In this document: one piece after another, positions 1 to 8,251 of the stretch
Numbering within the stretch: the stretch's first letter is position 1
Layout of the letters: every line of letters starts with the position of its first letter
DNA from: an uncultured Candidatus Saccharibacteria bacterium
GTDB taxonomy: Bacteria > Patescibacteriota > Minisyncoccia > Phycocordibacterales > UBA918
DNA length: 32,575 bases
Direction of reading: 5' to 3'
NCBI GenBank assembly: GCA_964502345.1
Contig: CAZCWH010000002.1
Location: 1,649 to 34,223 of the forward strand
Position numbers and translations under genes: made by a program
Notes under the pieces: generated by a model
What the model was told of the DNA's origin: nothing
Databases searched by the model: none
What the model saw: only the letters and a program-made list of their open reading frames with translations

Positions 1-169
1 GACTGTTTGGTTCTCATTCATTACTTTCAAAAATAAGGCGCATCGAAACGCGGTCAATAAAAAAGTCATGGCATACTTCGACAAGAAGTATGCCAACATG
101 ACAAATTTCTCGATGCCTTTTGATGAGTCACACATGGCGCGCGGAGGTTTCTCAGTTGAGGTCGGTTAA
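1..169 (+). CDS. DUF1428 (YbaA-like) family protein, C-terminal fragment; the 5' end lies outside the window
   Basis: The frame starting at nt 2 is open from the window edge to TAA at 167-169. It is not in the ORF track. Translation: ...VWFSFITFKNKAHRNAVNKKVMAYFDKKYANMTNFSMPFDESHMARGGFSVEVG. This resembles the E. coli YbaA C-terminus as I recall it (VVFSWIEYPSK...MPFDGKRMIYGGF). Confidence 0.65.
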   Translation, partial: TVWFSFITFKNKAHRNAVNKKVMAYFDKKYANMTNFSMPFDESHMARGGFSVEVG

Positions 170-283
170 ATTCAGATCCTAGCACGAGGCAAACCTGAGA
201 GGATTTCAGCTTTTTCGGCTTCTTTCTTGCCTCAGTTATTTTATTGACTTGCTGTGTAGCCATCACCGTTTCTTTCAATTAGA

Positions 284-850
284 ATGAATGACATGAAAAA
301 ACTTATTATGTGGAATGTCGTGACACTTGATGGCCGTTTTGAGGGAGATACACCGTGGGATCTCTCTTTTCACGAACTTGTTTGGGGGCCTGAATTGGAA
401 GCCTTGAGCATAGCGCAGTTGGAGGAGGCGAGCATGCTGGTGTTTGGCGAACATACCTACAAAGGTATGGCGGAGTATTGGTCAAATGCAGAAGGGGCAG
501 ATCTAAAGGTCGCAGGGTATATGAACAGCATAGCGAAAATAGTTTGTTCACGAACACGAGAGACGGCCGAATGGAATAATACAGTTATTGTTCGTGACGC
601 AGTTGATGAAATTAAACGTCTCAAAGAGGAAGAGGGAGGACCTATGTATGTCTTTGGTAGTGGGATACTATCGGAATCACTCATGAAGGCCGGGCTCTTT
701 GATGAAATTCGTTTATGTGTCGCCCCAACTATCTTGGGGAAAGGCCGGTACCTATTTACTGACTCTGACGAATCAAAAAATCTAGCATTGCTTGAGGCGA
801 GACCACTTCAGAGTGGTGGAGTGATTCTTCGCTATGCTGTGAAGCATTAA
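284..850 (+). CDS. RibD C-terminal domain / dihydrofolate reductase-like family protein
   Basis: 188-aa ORF. Motifs: N-terminal KKLIMWNVVTLDGRF, central MLVFGEHTYKGMAEYW, VFGSGILSESLMKAGLFDEIRLCVAPTILGKGRYLF. This is the typical RibD_C pattern. An alternative ATG at 293 sits 7 nt after a TAGAAT box. Confidence 0.8.
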   Translation: MNDMKKLIMWNVVTLDGRFEGDTPWDLSFHELVWGPELEALSIAQLEEASMLVFGEHTYKGMAEYWSNAEGADLKVAGYMNSIAKIVCSRTRETAEWNNTVIVRDAVDEIKRLKEEEGGPMYVFGSGILSESLMKAGLFDEIRLCVAPTILGKGRYLFTDSDESKNLALLEARPLQSGGVILRYAVKH

Positions 851-934
851 AACTAGTTCAGATGACAGCTGGTCCAGGTTAGGGACTGGCTATATACGAT
901 TTGGTATGTCGGAGAGGAAACTGAGGAGACATTC

Positions 935-943
935 TGCTATACT
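935..943 (+). promoter_or_regulatory. Extended -10 element TGcTATACT, 10 nt upstream of the pyrD ATG
   Basis: Sequence ctGcTATACT read directly. There is no purine-rich SD between it and ATG 954. Confidence 0.4.
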
Positions 944-953
944 CTTGCCGTAA

Positions 954-2099
954 ATGCTCTCCGGGGCAAACGTACACTATATGATTGGAATCATCTATCG
1001 ACACATAGTAAAGCCCGTTTTGTTTCACTTCCCGGCTGATACGGTACATGAGCTATTTCTCAAGATTGGGAATTTTTTAGGACGACACGCAAGTACTCGT
1101 ATGCTCACTCGAGCGTTATTCTCAATACAAGATCCAACCTTGCATCAGGAAGTTGCCGGAGTTCATTTTGCTAACCCGGTAGGACTCGCTGCTGGTTTTG
1201 ATTATGACGCTGACCTTGTGGCGATCGCTCCATGTGTCGGCTTTGGATTTAATACGATTGGAACGCTGACTCATGATGGCTACGGAGGAAATCCAAAACC
1301 CATGCTCGGGAGATTGCCGAAGTCGCAGTCACTACTAGTTAATAAAGGATTTAAGAATAGGGGAGTCACTACCGTTCTCGAAAAAGCAAAGCGTCAGACA
1401 AAGTCTGCGCCGCTTGGGGTGAGCATTGGTGCTACCAATAAGAAGTTTCATTCACTCGACGAACTCATTGATGATATTTTCCAGTCTTTTACCTACGCAC
1501 TTACACAAGATTGTATTGATTACTTTGAATTAAATATCAGCTGTCCAAACCTTATCAATACAGAATCCCTACCAGAAAAACCTGAATCACCGAACGGATT
1601 TAAAAAACTTCTAGAAAAAATTGCGACTCTGAATATACCCCAACCGGTTTTCGTAAAGATGCACAATGAAAAGACGATTGAACAAACACTTGCTTTGGTA
1701 GAAGTTGCATCAGTGCATTCGTTTGTGACGGGATTTATTTTTGCAAATCTCGTCAAAGATAGAACGAATCCTGCGTTTGATAGGGAAGAGATAGCTGCTG
1801 CAGGAAAAGGAAATTTCAGTGGGAAACCAACGTCAGCTAACTCAACCGCACTCATTGCTGAAGTCTATAAAAAGTACAAAGAACGATTTATCATTATTGG
1901 ATGTGGAGGAATATTTACTGGTGCCGATGCATACGAAAAGATTCGTGCGGGCGCGACACTCGTGCAGCTTATAACTGGGATGGTGTTTCTTGGTCCTCAG
2001 CAAATCACCATGATTAACAAAGAACTCGTATCACTTCTTACTAAAGACGGTTTTAAGAATATCAGTGAGGCAATCGGTACCGCACACAATACGAGGTAG
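954..2099 (+). CDS. pyrD: Dihydroorotate dehydrogenase; class-2-like backbone with an N-I-S-C-P-N active-site loop
   Basis: 381 aa. Motifs: NPVGLAAGFDYDADL, GFGFNTIGTLT, GNPKPMLGRL, NKGFKNRG, ELNISCPN, IIGCGGIFTGADAYEKIRAGATLVQLITG. An alternative ATG lies at 981. Confidence 0.85.
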   Translation: MLSGANVHYMIGIIYRHIVKPVLFHFPADTVHELFLKIGNFLGRHASTRMLTRALFSIQDPTLHQEVAGVHFANPVGLAAGFDYDADLVAIAPCVGFGFNTIGTLTHDGYGGNPKPMLGRLPKSQSLLVNKGFKNRGVTTVLEKAKRQTKSAPLGVSIGATNKKFHSLDELIDDIFQSFTYALTQDCIDYFELNISCPNLINTESLPEKPESPNGFKKLLEKIATLNIPQPVFVKMHNEKTIEQTLALVEVASVHSFVTGFIFANLVKDRTNPAFDREEIAAAGKGNFSGKPTSANSTALIAEVYKKYKERFIIIGCGGIFTGADAYEKIRAGATLVQLITGMVFLGPQQITMINKELVSLLTKDGFKNISEAIGTAHNTR

Positions 2100-2124
2100 G
2101 AGTTGCGCAAGTCGCTAGGAGCAA

Positions 2125-2475
2125 CTACCTTCGCAAAATCTTTCCCATCACTTTTCCTTTTGCGAGCTCATCAATCAATTTATCCAAGTAGCGAATTTCG
2201 CGCATAGTTCGTTCTTTGATGTCCTCAACTCGGATACCGCAAATCATTCCAGTGATTAATTTCCGTGCAGGATTAAGCTTAGGAGCTTGTTTGAAAAACG
2301 TCTCAAAGTCAGTTTGGTTTTTGAGTACCGTCAGGAGTTCTTTATGGCTGTATCCGGTAAGCCAGTGGATAATCTCATCGACTTCAGCTTTCGTTCGTCC
2401 CTTTCTCTCAGCCTTTGTGATGTAGAGGGGATATACACGTGCAAAGCTCATCGTGTAAACTCGATGTTTTTCCAT
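2125..2475 (-). CDS. DUF2200 family protein
   Basis: 116 aa. [34 protein letters not shown]...[15 protein letters not shown] matches my recollection of the DUF2200 family. Confidence 0.8.
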   Translation of the reverse strand: MEKHRVYTMSFARVYPLYITKAERKGRTKAEVDEIIHWLTGYSHKELLTVLKNQTDFETFFKQAPKLNPARKLITGMICGIRVEDIKERTMREIRYLDKLIDELAKGKVMGKILRR

Positions 2476-2483
2476 GATTTTCT

Positions 2484-2492
2484 ATTTTAACA
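2484..2492 (-). promoter_or_regulatory. Extended -10 element (minus-strand TGtTAAAAT), 8 nt upstream of the DUF2200 ATG
   Basis: The reverse complement of 2476-2495 reads cgaTGtTAAAATagaaaatc followed by ATG. No SD is present. Confidence 0.4.
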
Positions 2493-2516
2493 TCGTCACA
2501 CGTCACCAACGAGAGG

Positions 2517-2524
2517 TGTATAAT
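2517..2524 (+). promoter_or_regulatory. TG-TATAAT -10 element for the divergent membrane-protein gene
   Basis: ggTGTATAATtgATGtatATGatcATG. TATAAT at 2519-2524 ends 8 nt before ATG 2533. Confidence 0.35.
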
Positions 2525-2946
2525 TGATGTATATGATCATGCAAATTGTTAATATCGCGAGTGGGGTTGTGGGAGCTTCTTCACTCATACAGAGCAAAAT
2601 TACTCATAGTGAAGTGGATGGCGCCTTTGAAAAAGTGCGTCCGTATGAAGTGTGGATTGGAGTAGGGACGTTCGGGTTTGGTCTTGTGGCACTCATAGAG
2701 CGTTTGGGGATAATATATTTTGGTTTGCCGCTTGGTTCGAGTTACCCGCAGGCATTATCTGCTCTACTCTTAGGACTTGTCTTAGGAGCACCATATTTTG
2801 AGCGGGTAGCTTTTTTGAAAAAAATTAGCACAACGCTTATGCCATACCGGCAATGGCTAGGCCTTATCGCCATTGCGGTTGGTCTTGGTTCACTTCTCTT
2901 TGGGTGCATACTGCCAGTTGTGTGTCGTGCACCGTTCGGATTTTAA
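2524..2946 (+). CDS. Hypothetical integral membrane protein (about 4 TM segments)
   Basis: 140-aa ORF with hydrophobic stretches (WIGVGTFGFGLVALI, ALSALLLGLVLGA, LGLIAIAVGLGSLLFGCIL). The start is ambiguous: TTG 2524, or ATG 2527, 2533 or 2539. I recognise no family. Confidence 0.55.
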   Translation: MMYMIMQIVNIASGVVGASSLIQSKITHSEVDGAFEKVRPYEVWIGVGTFGFGLVALIERLGIIYFGLPLGSSYPQALSALLLGLVLGAPYFERVAFLKKISTTLMPYRQWLGLIAIAVGLGSLLFGCILPVVCRAPFGF

Positions 2947-3156
2947 CGAGTACAAAATGCATGCTCACTCCATGAAGTGTTTAGTGAAAATCTTCACTTA
3001 ATAAGCCCTGCTTTCTTGTTTGTATTTCGAGGATTTTGGCTTCAAGGACGTTGTTATATAAGTCAAAATTTTAGATATGGACCCCATGCTATGCTTTAAA
3101 AGTGAGATGTGGCCGTCCTCGTCTCTGCTTTGTATCTAAGAAGAAATAGATTGCAT

Positions 3157-6100
3157 ATGAATAGTATATTTTTAAAAAATTCATACAGAATAGTTCTTAT
3201 ACGTGTCTTTTTTGTTAGCTTGTGCGCTCTCATTTATTTTTTGACTGTCTCGGTACCTCTTGCTGAGGCTGGCACATACCAATGGACCCGACTCGACAGT
3301 GGGGGAGGACCTGCAGGTGCATATTTCTTTTCGTCAGCGATATGTCGCAACAGCGGAATGCTTTGGATGGCGTGGGGAGGAAACGCCGGCAGTGCAAGTG
3401 AAGGTAGTTTCTTCTTTGATGTAAACGGTACTCGAAAATGGACAAAGACAAATACAGTGGGCGGTCCAGAATACGATATAGGCAGACGTGAAAATTACGG
3501 TGTAGGGTATGACAAGGATAGTAATTCAATATGGATTGGAAGTGGGGCTCCGGTTGCATACGGCTTTGGTGTGGCACCCACAGATGCACCAGCAACGTGG
3601 GGAGCACAGTGGGGAGATCTCCGTTTTAATTGTGACACGAAGAAATATAGTTTGGAATTTCCAGCAAACAATGCTGCTAATCCAAAACGTGATCCTCTAA
3701 AACCATCAATGGCGACAGGTGATGGTGCGTTTGTGTATTACCAAGGTTCACTGTATCAATTTGGAGGTTTCTCAGTCGATACCAGTCAACAATTAAGGAC
3801 ACGAACGTTACCTGACGGACAAATTAGAAACATAAATGGAAATGTGACTCCGCCCTGGACAAGGCAGACCAGTTGGGGGGAACGAGAGCAAGAGGCCGCA
3901 CGTCTAGTACATGTACGAAGTGGGGTTGATCAAAATGGAAAACTCTGGACACTCGCAAACGACAATGAACTCTGGACATATGATCTTAAGAGTGCAGGAG
4001 CAACTACGTGGACCAAAGTTCCCACAACCGGTGATCGGCCGACAAATTTAACTCTCGTCGCAACTCTCGATGAGTCGCGTGGGGTTATTGTTGCGTGGGT
4101 CGGAAGTGATGCAACGGTTGGAATGGGAGGAATCCTCAGTGTTCAGCAGACATGGTTCCTTGACCTAGCAACAAACGTATGGAGCAAAGGTCCAGGTAAG
4201 GCAGCGGGGTATACCGTTCCGACTGCAAATGTACAATCAACCAATAACCTCGTGTACGACCCAGCAAGTAAAAGAGTTCTACTTGTTGTTGGTACAGGTA
4301 GTGGTGCTCAAGTCTGGGCTTTGAGTTCATCTGATGCACCACCACCAACTCCAAGTGTTGATGTCACGCCACCGTCTGTACCATCAGGGCTTACCCTTAC
4401 GGCTGTTTCTGATTCACAAATTAACCTCACTTGGGGAGCATCAACGGATGCCGTTGGTGTGGCGGGCTATAGGATATATCGAAATGGGACGCAGATAGCC
4501 ACTACTCAAGGACAAAACTATTCGAATAGCGGCCTGACAGCAAATACTACGTATGCATACACGGTTGCAGCGTATGACGCTGCAGGGAACATGTCAGCAC
4601 AATCTACAAGTGTTTCGGCTTCAACATTAGCAGCTACTCCGACTCCGACACCAACACCTACACCAACACCTACTCCAACTCCAACTCCCACTCCCACTCC
4701 CACTCCCACACCACCTCCGTCTGGAGTTCCAGCACCAATCCAGACAGCATATGGGACGATTACTAGTTTCCCTCTACCAACTACAAGGGGTTACCCGTTT
4801 ACTTCAACAGGTGCGAGTAAGCATGTCATCATGGCATCCGATGGTAAGCGTCTCTATGCGCAGGGTGGTGATGTAGTCCACTCAGCGACCGATGGTACCT
4901 GGAGTATGAATCTTACCGATGGTTCATGGCGCACTGAAGTTGGAAGTCCTGTGTATCCAACCACTCCAGCGCCTCATGCGCTCCAAGACGGTTTTGGGTT
5001 TGCGTGGGTTCCTGAGAAATCAAAGTTTCTACTTTGGCCAGGTTCATATTTTGCATATGAAGCTGTTGGTGCACCGATCCGGGAATATTCAAAAGGATCA
5101 TGGTGGTTTGACCCTGTGACAAAGAAGTATACGCAAATGCTTGAGCTTTTTGGTACTCAGACAAGTGGTAGTTTGCATGGTGGAGTCTATGACCCAGTGC
5201 GTAAAGAGATTGTGACATTGAGTGACGGTGGTTCTTATGGTGTTAAGCGTTGGAATACGGAGACCTACACGTACTCGTTCACTGCGCTCAAAGGATTTGC
5301 ACCTAAGGGATACGTTGCCTACTATCAGCGTGGAAGATATGCCCTTGTCGGCCGACATGTGTATTTTGTCGGATATATCACCAATGGAACCGTTGCCTCT
5401 CAAACAGCAAAATTCTGGAGAGTCAATCTCGACACGAACACACTTGAGGAACTGGCTCCACCACCCGTTGATGGAACTAAAATTAAGGATTTGGAAGTTC
5501 GTATTGCTGAGAGTAATGGTAAGGTCGTATGGCCATTCATGAAGGGGCCAGAAGGCGATCTTTTAGGAATATATGTATATGATCCGAGAACTAATGGATG
5601 GGCAGCAGATTTGCAAGTGCCAGGGTATGGAAACTTTATTGGAAATTCAGTGACCGACCTACCTGATAATCGCATTGCGTTCTCTGGAGGTGTGTTTGGA
5701 AAACAGCAGACGCATATGTGGTTCTATGAGGCAAACTCAGAATTAATTCCAGCCACTCAAGCACCTATACAAGTAGGTGGCCCAACACCAACACCAACTC
5801 CTACACCAACCCCTACACCGACTCCAACTCCAACTCCAACACCTACACCAACTCCTACACCAACTCCAACACCGACTCCAACTCCAACTCCTTCAACAAA
5901 ATTCAAAGTGAGTGAAAGCGTGCAGGTAATTGACGGTCCAGCAAACGTCCGTACGACACCTGACATCAACGGAGGCCTGCTTGGTGCGCAGGCAACAGGG
6001 GTGCTCGGTACTATTATGGGAAACTCTGTCACACAAGGTGGGTATAGTTGGTGGAAGGTTGATTATAATTCTGGTCCTGACGGATGGACTATAGAAAATT

Positions 6101-6891
6101 TGTTAGCAAAGTATAATGTTCCCACACCAACTCCCACACCAACGGCAGACATCAGTGCCCCTACAATTGTTCGCGGACTGAAGGCACATGCACAGTCTGT
6201 GTCGGAAATTAGGCTTACCTGGAAGAGATCATCAGATGATGTTGCGGTGGTCGGATATAAAATATACCGAAATGGTGCACTAATTGCGACCGTTGATTCG
6301 ACGAAATATAAAGACACGGGACTAACAGCGAACACTTCCTACACGTATAGGATTAGTGCCTACGATGCTGTAGGTAACACATCACAGCAGTCAGATGCTG
6401 TAAGTGAGACCACAGATTCTTCCACGAGACGAAATGAAGAAAATGAGGTGAGTACGGAGAAAACAGAACCACAATCGGCTCCTTCTCCAACATTTACTCC
6501 AATTACACGTTCACTTGCACTTGGTATGGAAGGAACTGATGTGCGAGAGCTTCAGCAAATACTTAAAGTAAATAACTTCATGCCAGCGCACGTTGAAGTG
6601 ACTGGATATTTTGGCACGGAAACTTTGAACGCAGTGAAAAAATTCCAGTCCGCACACAGTATAGTGACAAGTGGTTCCGCCGATGCTACTGGCTATGGTG
6701 TAGTGGGACCTATGACGAGGACTAAGCTCAACACACTCTATTCCTATTCACAGCCAATAACCCCTGCTGCGACGGCTCTGCCTTCTTCCCGAACAAAGAC
6801 TGATGCAGAAATTAAAGCCACCATACAGCAACTTCAAAAGACAATTCTGATCCTTCTACAGCAACTTGAGGCGTTACGAAAGGAGCAGTAG
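3157..6891 (+). CDS. Large secreted cell-wall-binding protein: signal peptide, two beta-propeller-like regions, 2x FN3, SH3b and PG_binding_1 domains, C-terminal coiled coil
   Basis: The ORF is open from GTG 3109. ATG 3157 gives a signal-like N-terminus (MNSIFLKNSYRIVLIRVFFVSLCALIYFLTVSVPLAEA). FN3 units: PSGLTLTAVSDSQINLTWGAS...GYRIYRNG...TYAYTVAAYDAAGN and VRGLKAHAQSVSEIRLTWKRS...GYKIYRNG...SYTYRISAYDAVGN. SH3b: ANVRTTPD...GYSWWKVDYNSGPDGW. PG-binding: GTDVRELQQILK...TGYFGTETLNAVKKFQ. Confidence 0.85.
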   Translation: MNSIFLKNSYRIVLIRVFFVSLCALIYFLTVSVPLAEAGTYQWTRLDSGGGPAGAYFFSSAICRNSGMLWMAWGGNAGSASEGSFFFDVNGTRKWTKTNTVGGPEYDIGRRENYGVGYDKDSNSIWIGSGAPVAYGFGVAPTDAPATWGAQWGDLRFNCDTKKYSLEFPANNAANPKRDPLKPSMATGDGAFVYYQGSLYQFGGFSVDTSQQLRTRTLPDGQIRNINGNVTPPWTRQTSWGEREQEAARLVHVRSGVDQNGKLWTLANDNELWTYDLKSAGATTWTKVPTTGDRPTNLTLVATLDESRGVIVAWVGSDATVGMGGILSVQQTWFLDLATNVWSKGPGKAAGYTVPTANVQSTNNLVYDPASKRVLLVVGTGSGAQVWALSSSDAPPPTPSVDVTPPSVPSGLTLTAVSDSQINLTWGASTDAVGVAGYRIYRNGTQIATTQGQNYSNSGLTANTTYAYTVAAYDAAGNMSAQSTSVSASTLAATPTPTPTPTPTPTPTPTPTPTPTPTPPPSGVPAPIQTAYGTITSFPLPTTRGYPFTSTGASKHVIMASDGKRLYAQGGDVVHSATDGTWSMNLTDGSWRTEVGSPVYPTTPAPHALQDGFGFAWVPEKSKFLLWPGSYFAYEAVGAPIREYSKGSWWFDPVTKKYTQMLELFGTQTSGSLHGGVYDPVRKEIVTLSDGGSYGVKRWNTETYTYSFTALKGFAPKGYVAYYQRGRYALVGRHVYFVGYITNGTVASQTAKFWRVNLDTNTLEELAPPPVDGTKIKDLEVRIAESNGKVVWPFMKGPEGDLLGIYVYDPRTNGWAADLQVPGYGNFIGNSVTDLPDNRIAFSGGVFGKQQTHMWFYEANSELIPATQAPIQVGGPTPTPTPTPTPTPTPTPTPTPTPTPTPTPTPTPTPTPSTKFKVSESVQVIDGPANVRTTPDINGGLLGAQATGVLGTIMGNSVTQGGYSWWKVDYNSGPDGWTIENLLAKYNVPTPTPTPTADISAPTIVRGLKAHAQSVSEIRLTWKRSSDDVAVVGYKIYRNGALIATVDSTKYKDTGLTANTSYTYRISAYDAVGNTSQQSDAVSETTDSSTRRNEENEVSTEKTEPQSAPSPTFTPITRSLALGMEGTDVRELQQILKVNNFMPAHVEVTGYFGTETLNAVKKFQSAHSIVTSGSADATGYGVVGPMTRTKLNTLYSYSQPITPAATALPSSRTKTDAEIKATIQQLQKTILILLQQLEALRKEQ
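4636..4713 (+). repeat. (ACN CCN)13 hexanucleotide tract encoding (Thr-Pro)13 linker
   Basis: Counted codon by codon in the gene frame. Confidence 0.95.
5782..5892 (+). repeat. CCA(ACN CCN)18 tract encoding the P(TP)18 linker
   Basis: Counted codon by codon in the gene frame. Confidence 0.95.
6121..6144 (+). repeat. Short (Pro-Thr)4 tract
   Basis: ccc aca cca act ccc aca cca acg, in the gene frame. Confidence 0.9.
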
Positions 6892-6918
6892 CTAGACAGG
6901 TTTTGGTCATGTACAGCT

Positions 6919-7632
6919 CTAATGAAATGCTTCAATGAAGAATGTGCAATTTTTTGGTTGTGTGTTCACAATTGCTGTCTCGAGAGCGGTGCAGGCAGAT
7001 TTCTGTCCGCACATATAGACATCTGCGTTTGAAAAATCATAGCCCTGTATGTGGTCTTGAATGTAGCCGACGGGGTACAACGATTGAGTCTTGTCCGATA
7101 CCACGTATTTCACAGACACTCGAGTATCTGTTGTGGCGAGGGTATCAAAGTAGTCTTTATGGAGGATTTCATCAACCGATCGGTTTCCCGTCACTATGGT
7201 CAGCGTCTCGGTATTCGGGAGGGAGGTGATATGGTCAGCAATTGACTTGACTACTCCAGCACCAACGCCAAAACCAAAGAGATAAATTTTTTTTGCATGC
7301 ATTTTGTCTGCAGTATTGAGTCCAAGTGGCCCCATAGCTTGTATTTTTGTTCCCGTAAAATCTTTGTTCCAAAGAAGCGGAGTGAGTTCACCATCAGGAC
7401 TCAGTCGTATTGAAAGCGTAAAAGAACTTTCATCTCGGTCACTTGAAGACATCGAAAACGCACGCCTAATGATGCTACCTTCGTGTGGTACAAAGATGTT
7501 CACAAATGCGCCTGCAATAAAATGTAGTGGCTGGTCCGGAGTAATGGTGTACTCGCGGGCAGTGGGGGAGAGATCGCGAACCTTCGTAACGGTGCCCATG
7601 ACTTGTTTAATTGGATTCATAAGATTAGGCAA
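6919..7632 (-). CDS. Fre-like NAD(P)H:flavin oxidoreductase (FNR superfamily, FAD/NAD-binding)
   Basis: 237 aa. RRAFSMSS corresponds to the RPFSMAS flavin-binding motif of E. coli Fre. There is a GFGVGAGV nucleotide-binding loop and the C-terminus ends ...FFIEAFH. The track start is TTG 7632, which overlaps the upstream gene by 8 nt. ATG 7620 lies 4 nt after the upstream stop. Confidence 0.75.
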   Translation of the reverse strand: MPNLMNPIKQVMGTVTKVRDLSPTAREYTITPDQPLHFIAGAFVNIFVPHEGSIIRRAFSMSSSDRDESSFTLSIRLSPDGELTPLLWNKDFTGTKIQAMGPLGLNTADKMHAKKIYLFGFGVGAGVVKSIADHITSLPNTETLTIVTGNRSVDEILHKDYFDTLATTDTRVSVKYVVSDKTQSLYPVGYIQDHIQGYDFSNADVYMCGQKSACTALETAIVNTQPKNCTFFIEAFH

Positions 7633-8251
7633 TTGCTTGATTAGATGCTTTTAGAATATAGCCACGATTACGTAACCAGGCGAGCAGTGTGAATAGTGTC
7701 ACTATAGCGACGTAGCTCATGACCGTTATGTCGTGCAAGATAAAGAATACATAGAGCGAACTTGCATAAAAATAGACGTACGAAAGACGCTGGATTCTTT
7801 TCCAGTTCTTTCCAAGAAGGCGTTTTGATAGGTTATTCGATGTCACTAAGAGTAATACGGCAGAGATATCAGCGAGGTGAGCAAGAAGTGCAAAGTGGTA
7901 GAGTGACCAATAATCCACTGTGGCCATTTGTGCGAAGTATGCACTGCCGTCCATAAGTATCTTAGACAAGATGAATGACACCACGATAGAAGCAGAGAAT
8001 ACTCCAAGGCCCTTGCGAAGGATGACGAGTGGCCGTAACCATGACACTCCCCGACAGATGTCTGCGAGTGGTCTAATGAGCATGACGAAAAAGAGCGAGA
8101 GATGAACAACTGCATAGAGCTGTGTATATAAAGACGGAGAAAACCATTGTGGGTTGAGTGCGAGTGTCGTTGGTAGGGTAGCAAGAATGAGTATCGATAG
8201 AATAAGGAATAACTCCTGAGTGAATGTAATGAATGCGAAATAAGTTTTCAT
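7625..8251 (-). CDS. Six-TM membrane protein, possibly MsrQ/YedZ-like or ferric-reductase-like
   Basis: 208 aa with six hydrophobic segments. Intramembrane His residues: VVHLSLFF, YHFALLAHL, FFILHD. WKRIQRLSYVYFY resembles the MsrQ RLHRLVY segment, recalled from memory. The gene is flanked by tightly coupled apbE and fre-like genes. Confidence 0.55.
   Translation of the reverse strand: MKTYFAFITFTQELFLILSILILATLPTTLALNPQWFSPSLYTQLYAVVHLSLFFVMLIRPLADICRGVSWLRPLVILRKGLGVFSASIVVSFILSKILMDGSAYFAQMATVDYWSLYHFALLAHLADISAVLLLVTSNNLSKRLLGKNWKRIQRLSYVYFYASSLYVFFILHDITVMSYVAIVTLFTLLAWLRNRGYILKASNQAIA

Noticed and set aside
66-278. 70-aa minus-strand ORF
   Set aside because: It overlaps the C-terminal end of a plus-strand DUF1428-like reading frame that matches a known family. 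The minus-strand product is basic, low-complexity and unrecognisable.
4518-4709. Antisense 63-aa ORF encoding a (Gly-Val)n run
   Set aside because: It is the reverse complement of the (Thr-Pro)13 tract inside a well-supported multidomain gene. It is a low-complexity mirror artefact.
4636-5892. Possible CRISPR-like or other non-coding repeat array
   Set aside because: The repeats are 6-nt units in frame within a CDS. There are no 25-40-nt repeat/spacer alternations and no cas genes.
5757-6335. Antisense ORFs 5757-6032 and 6063-6335 with (GV)n runs
   Set aside because: Same reason: they mirror the P(TP)18 and (PT)4 tracts of the plus-strand gene.
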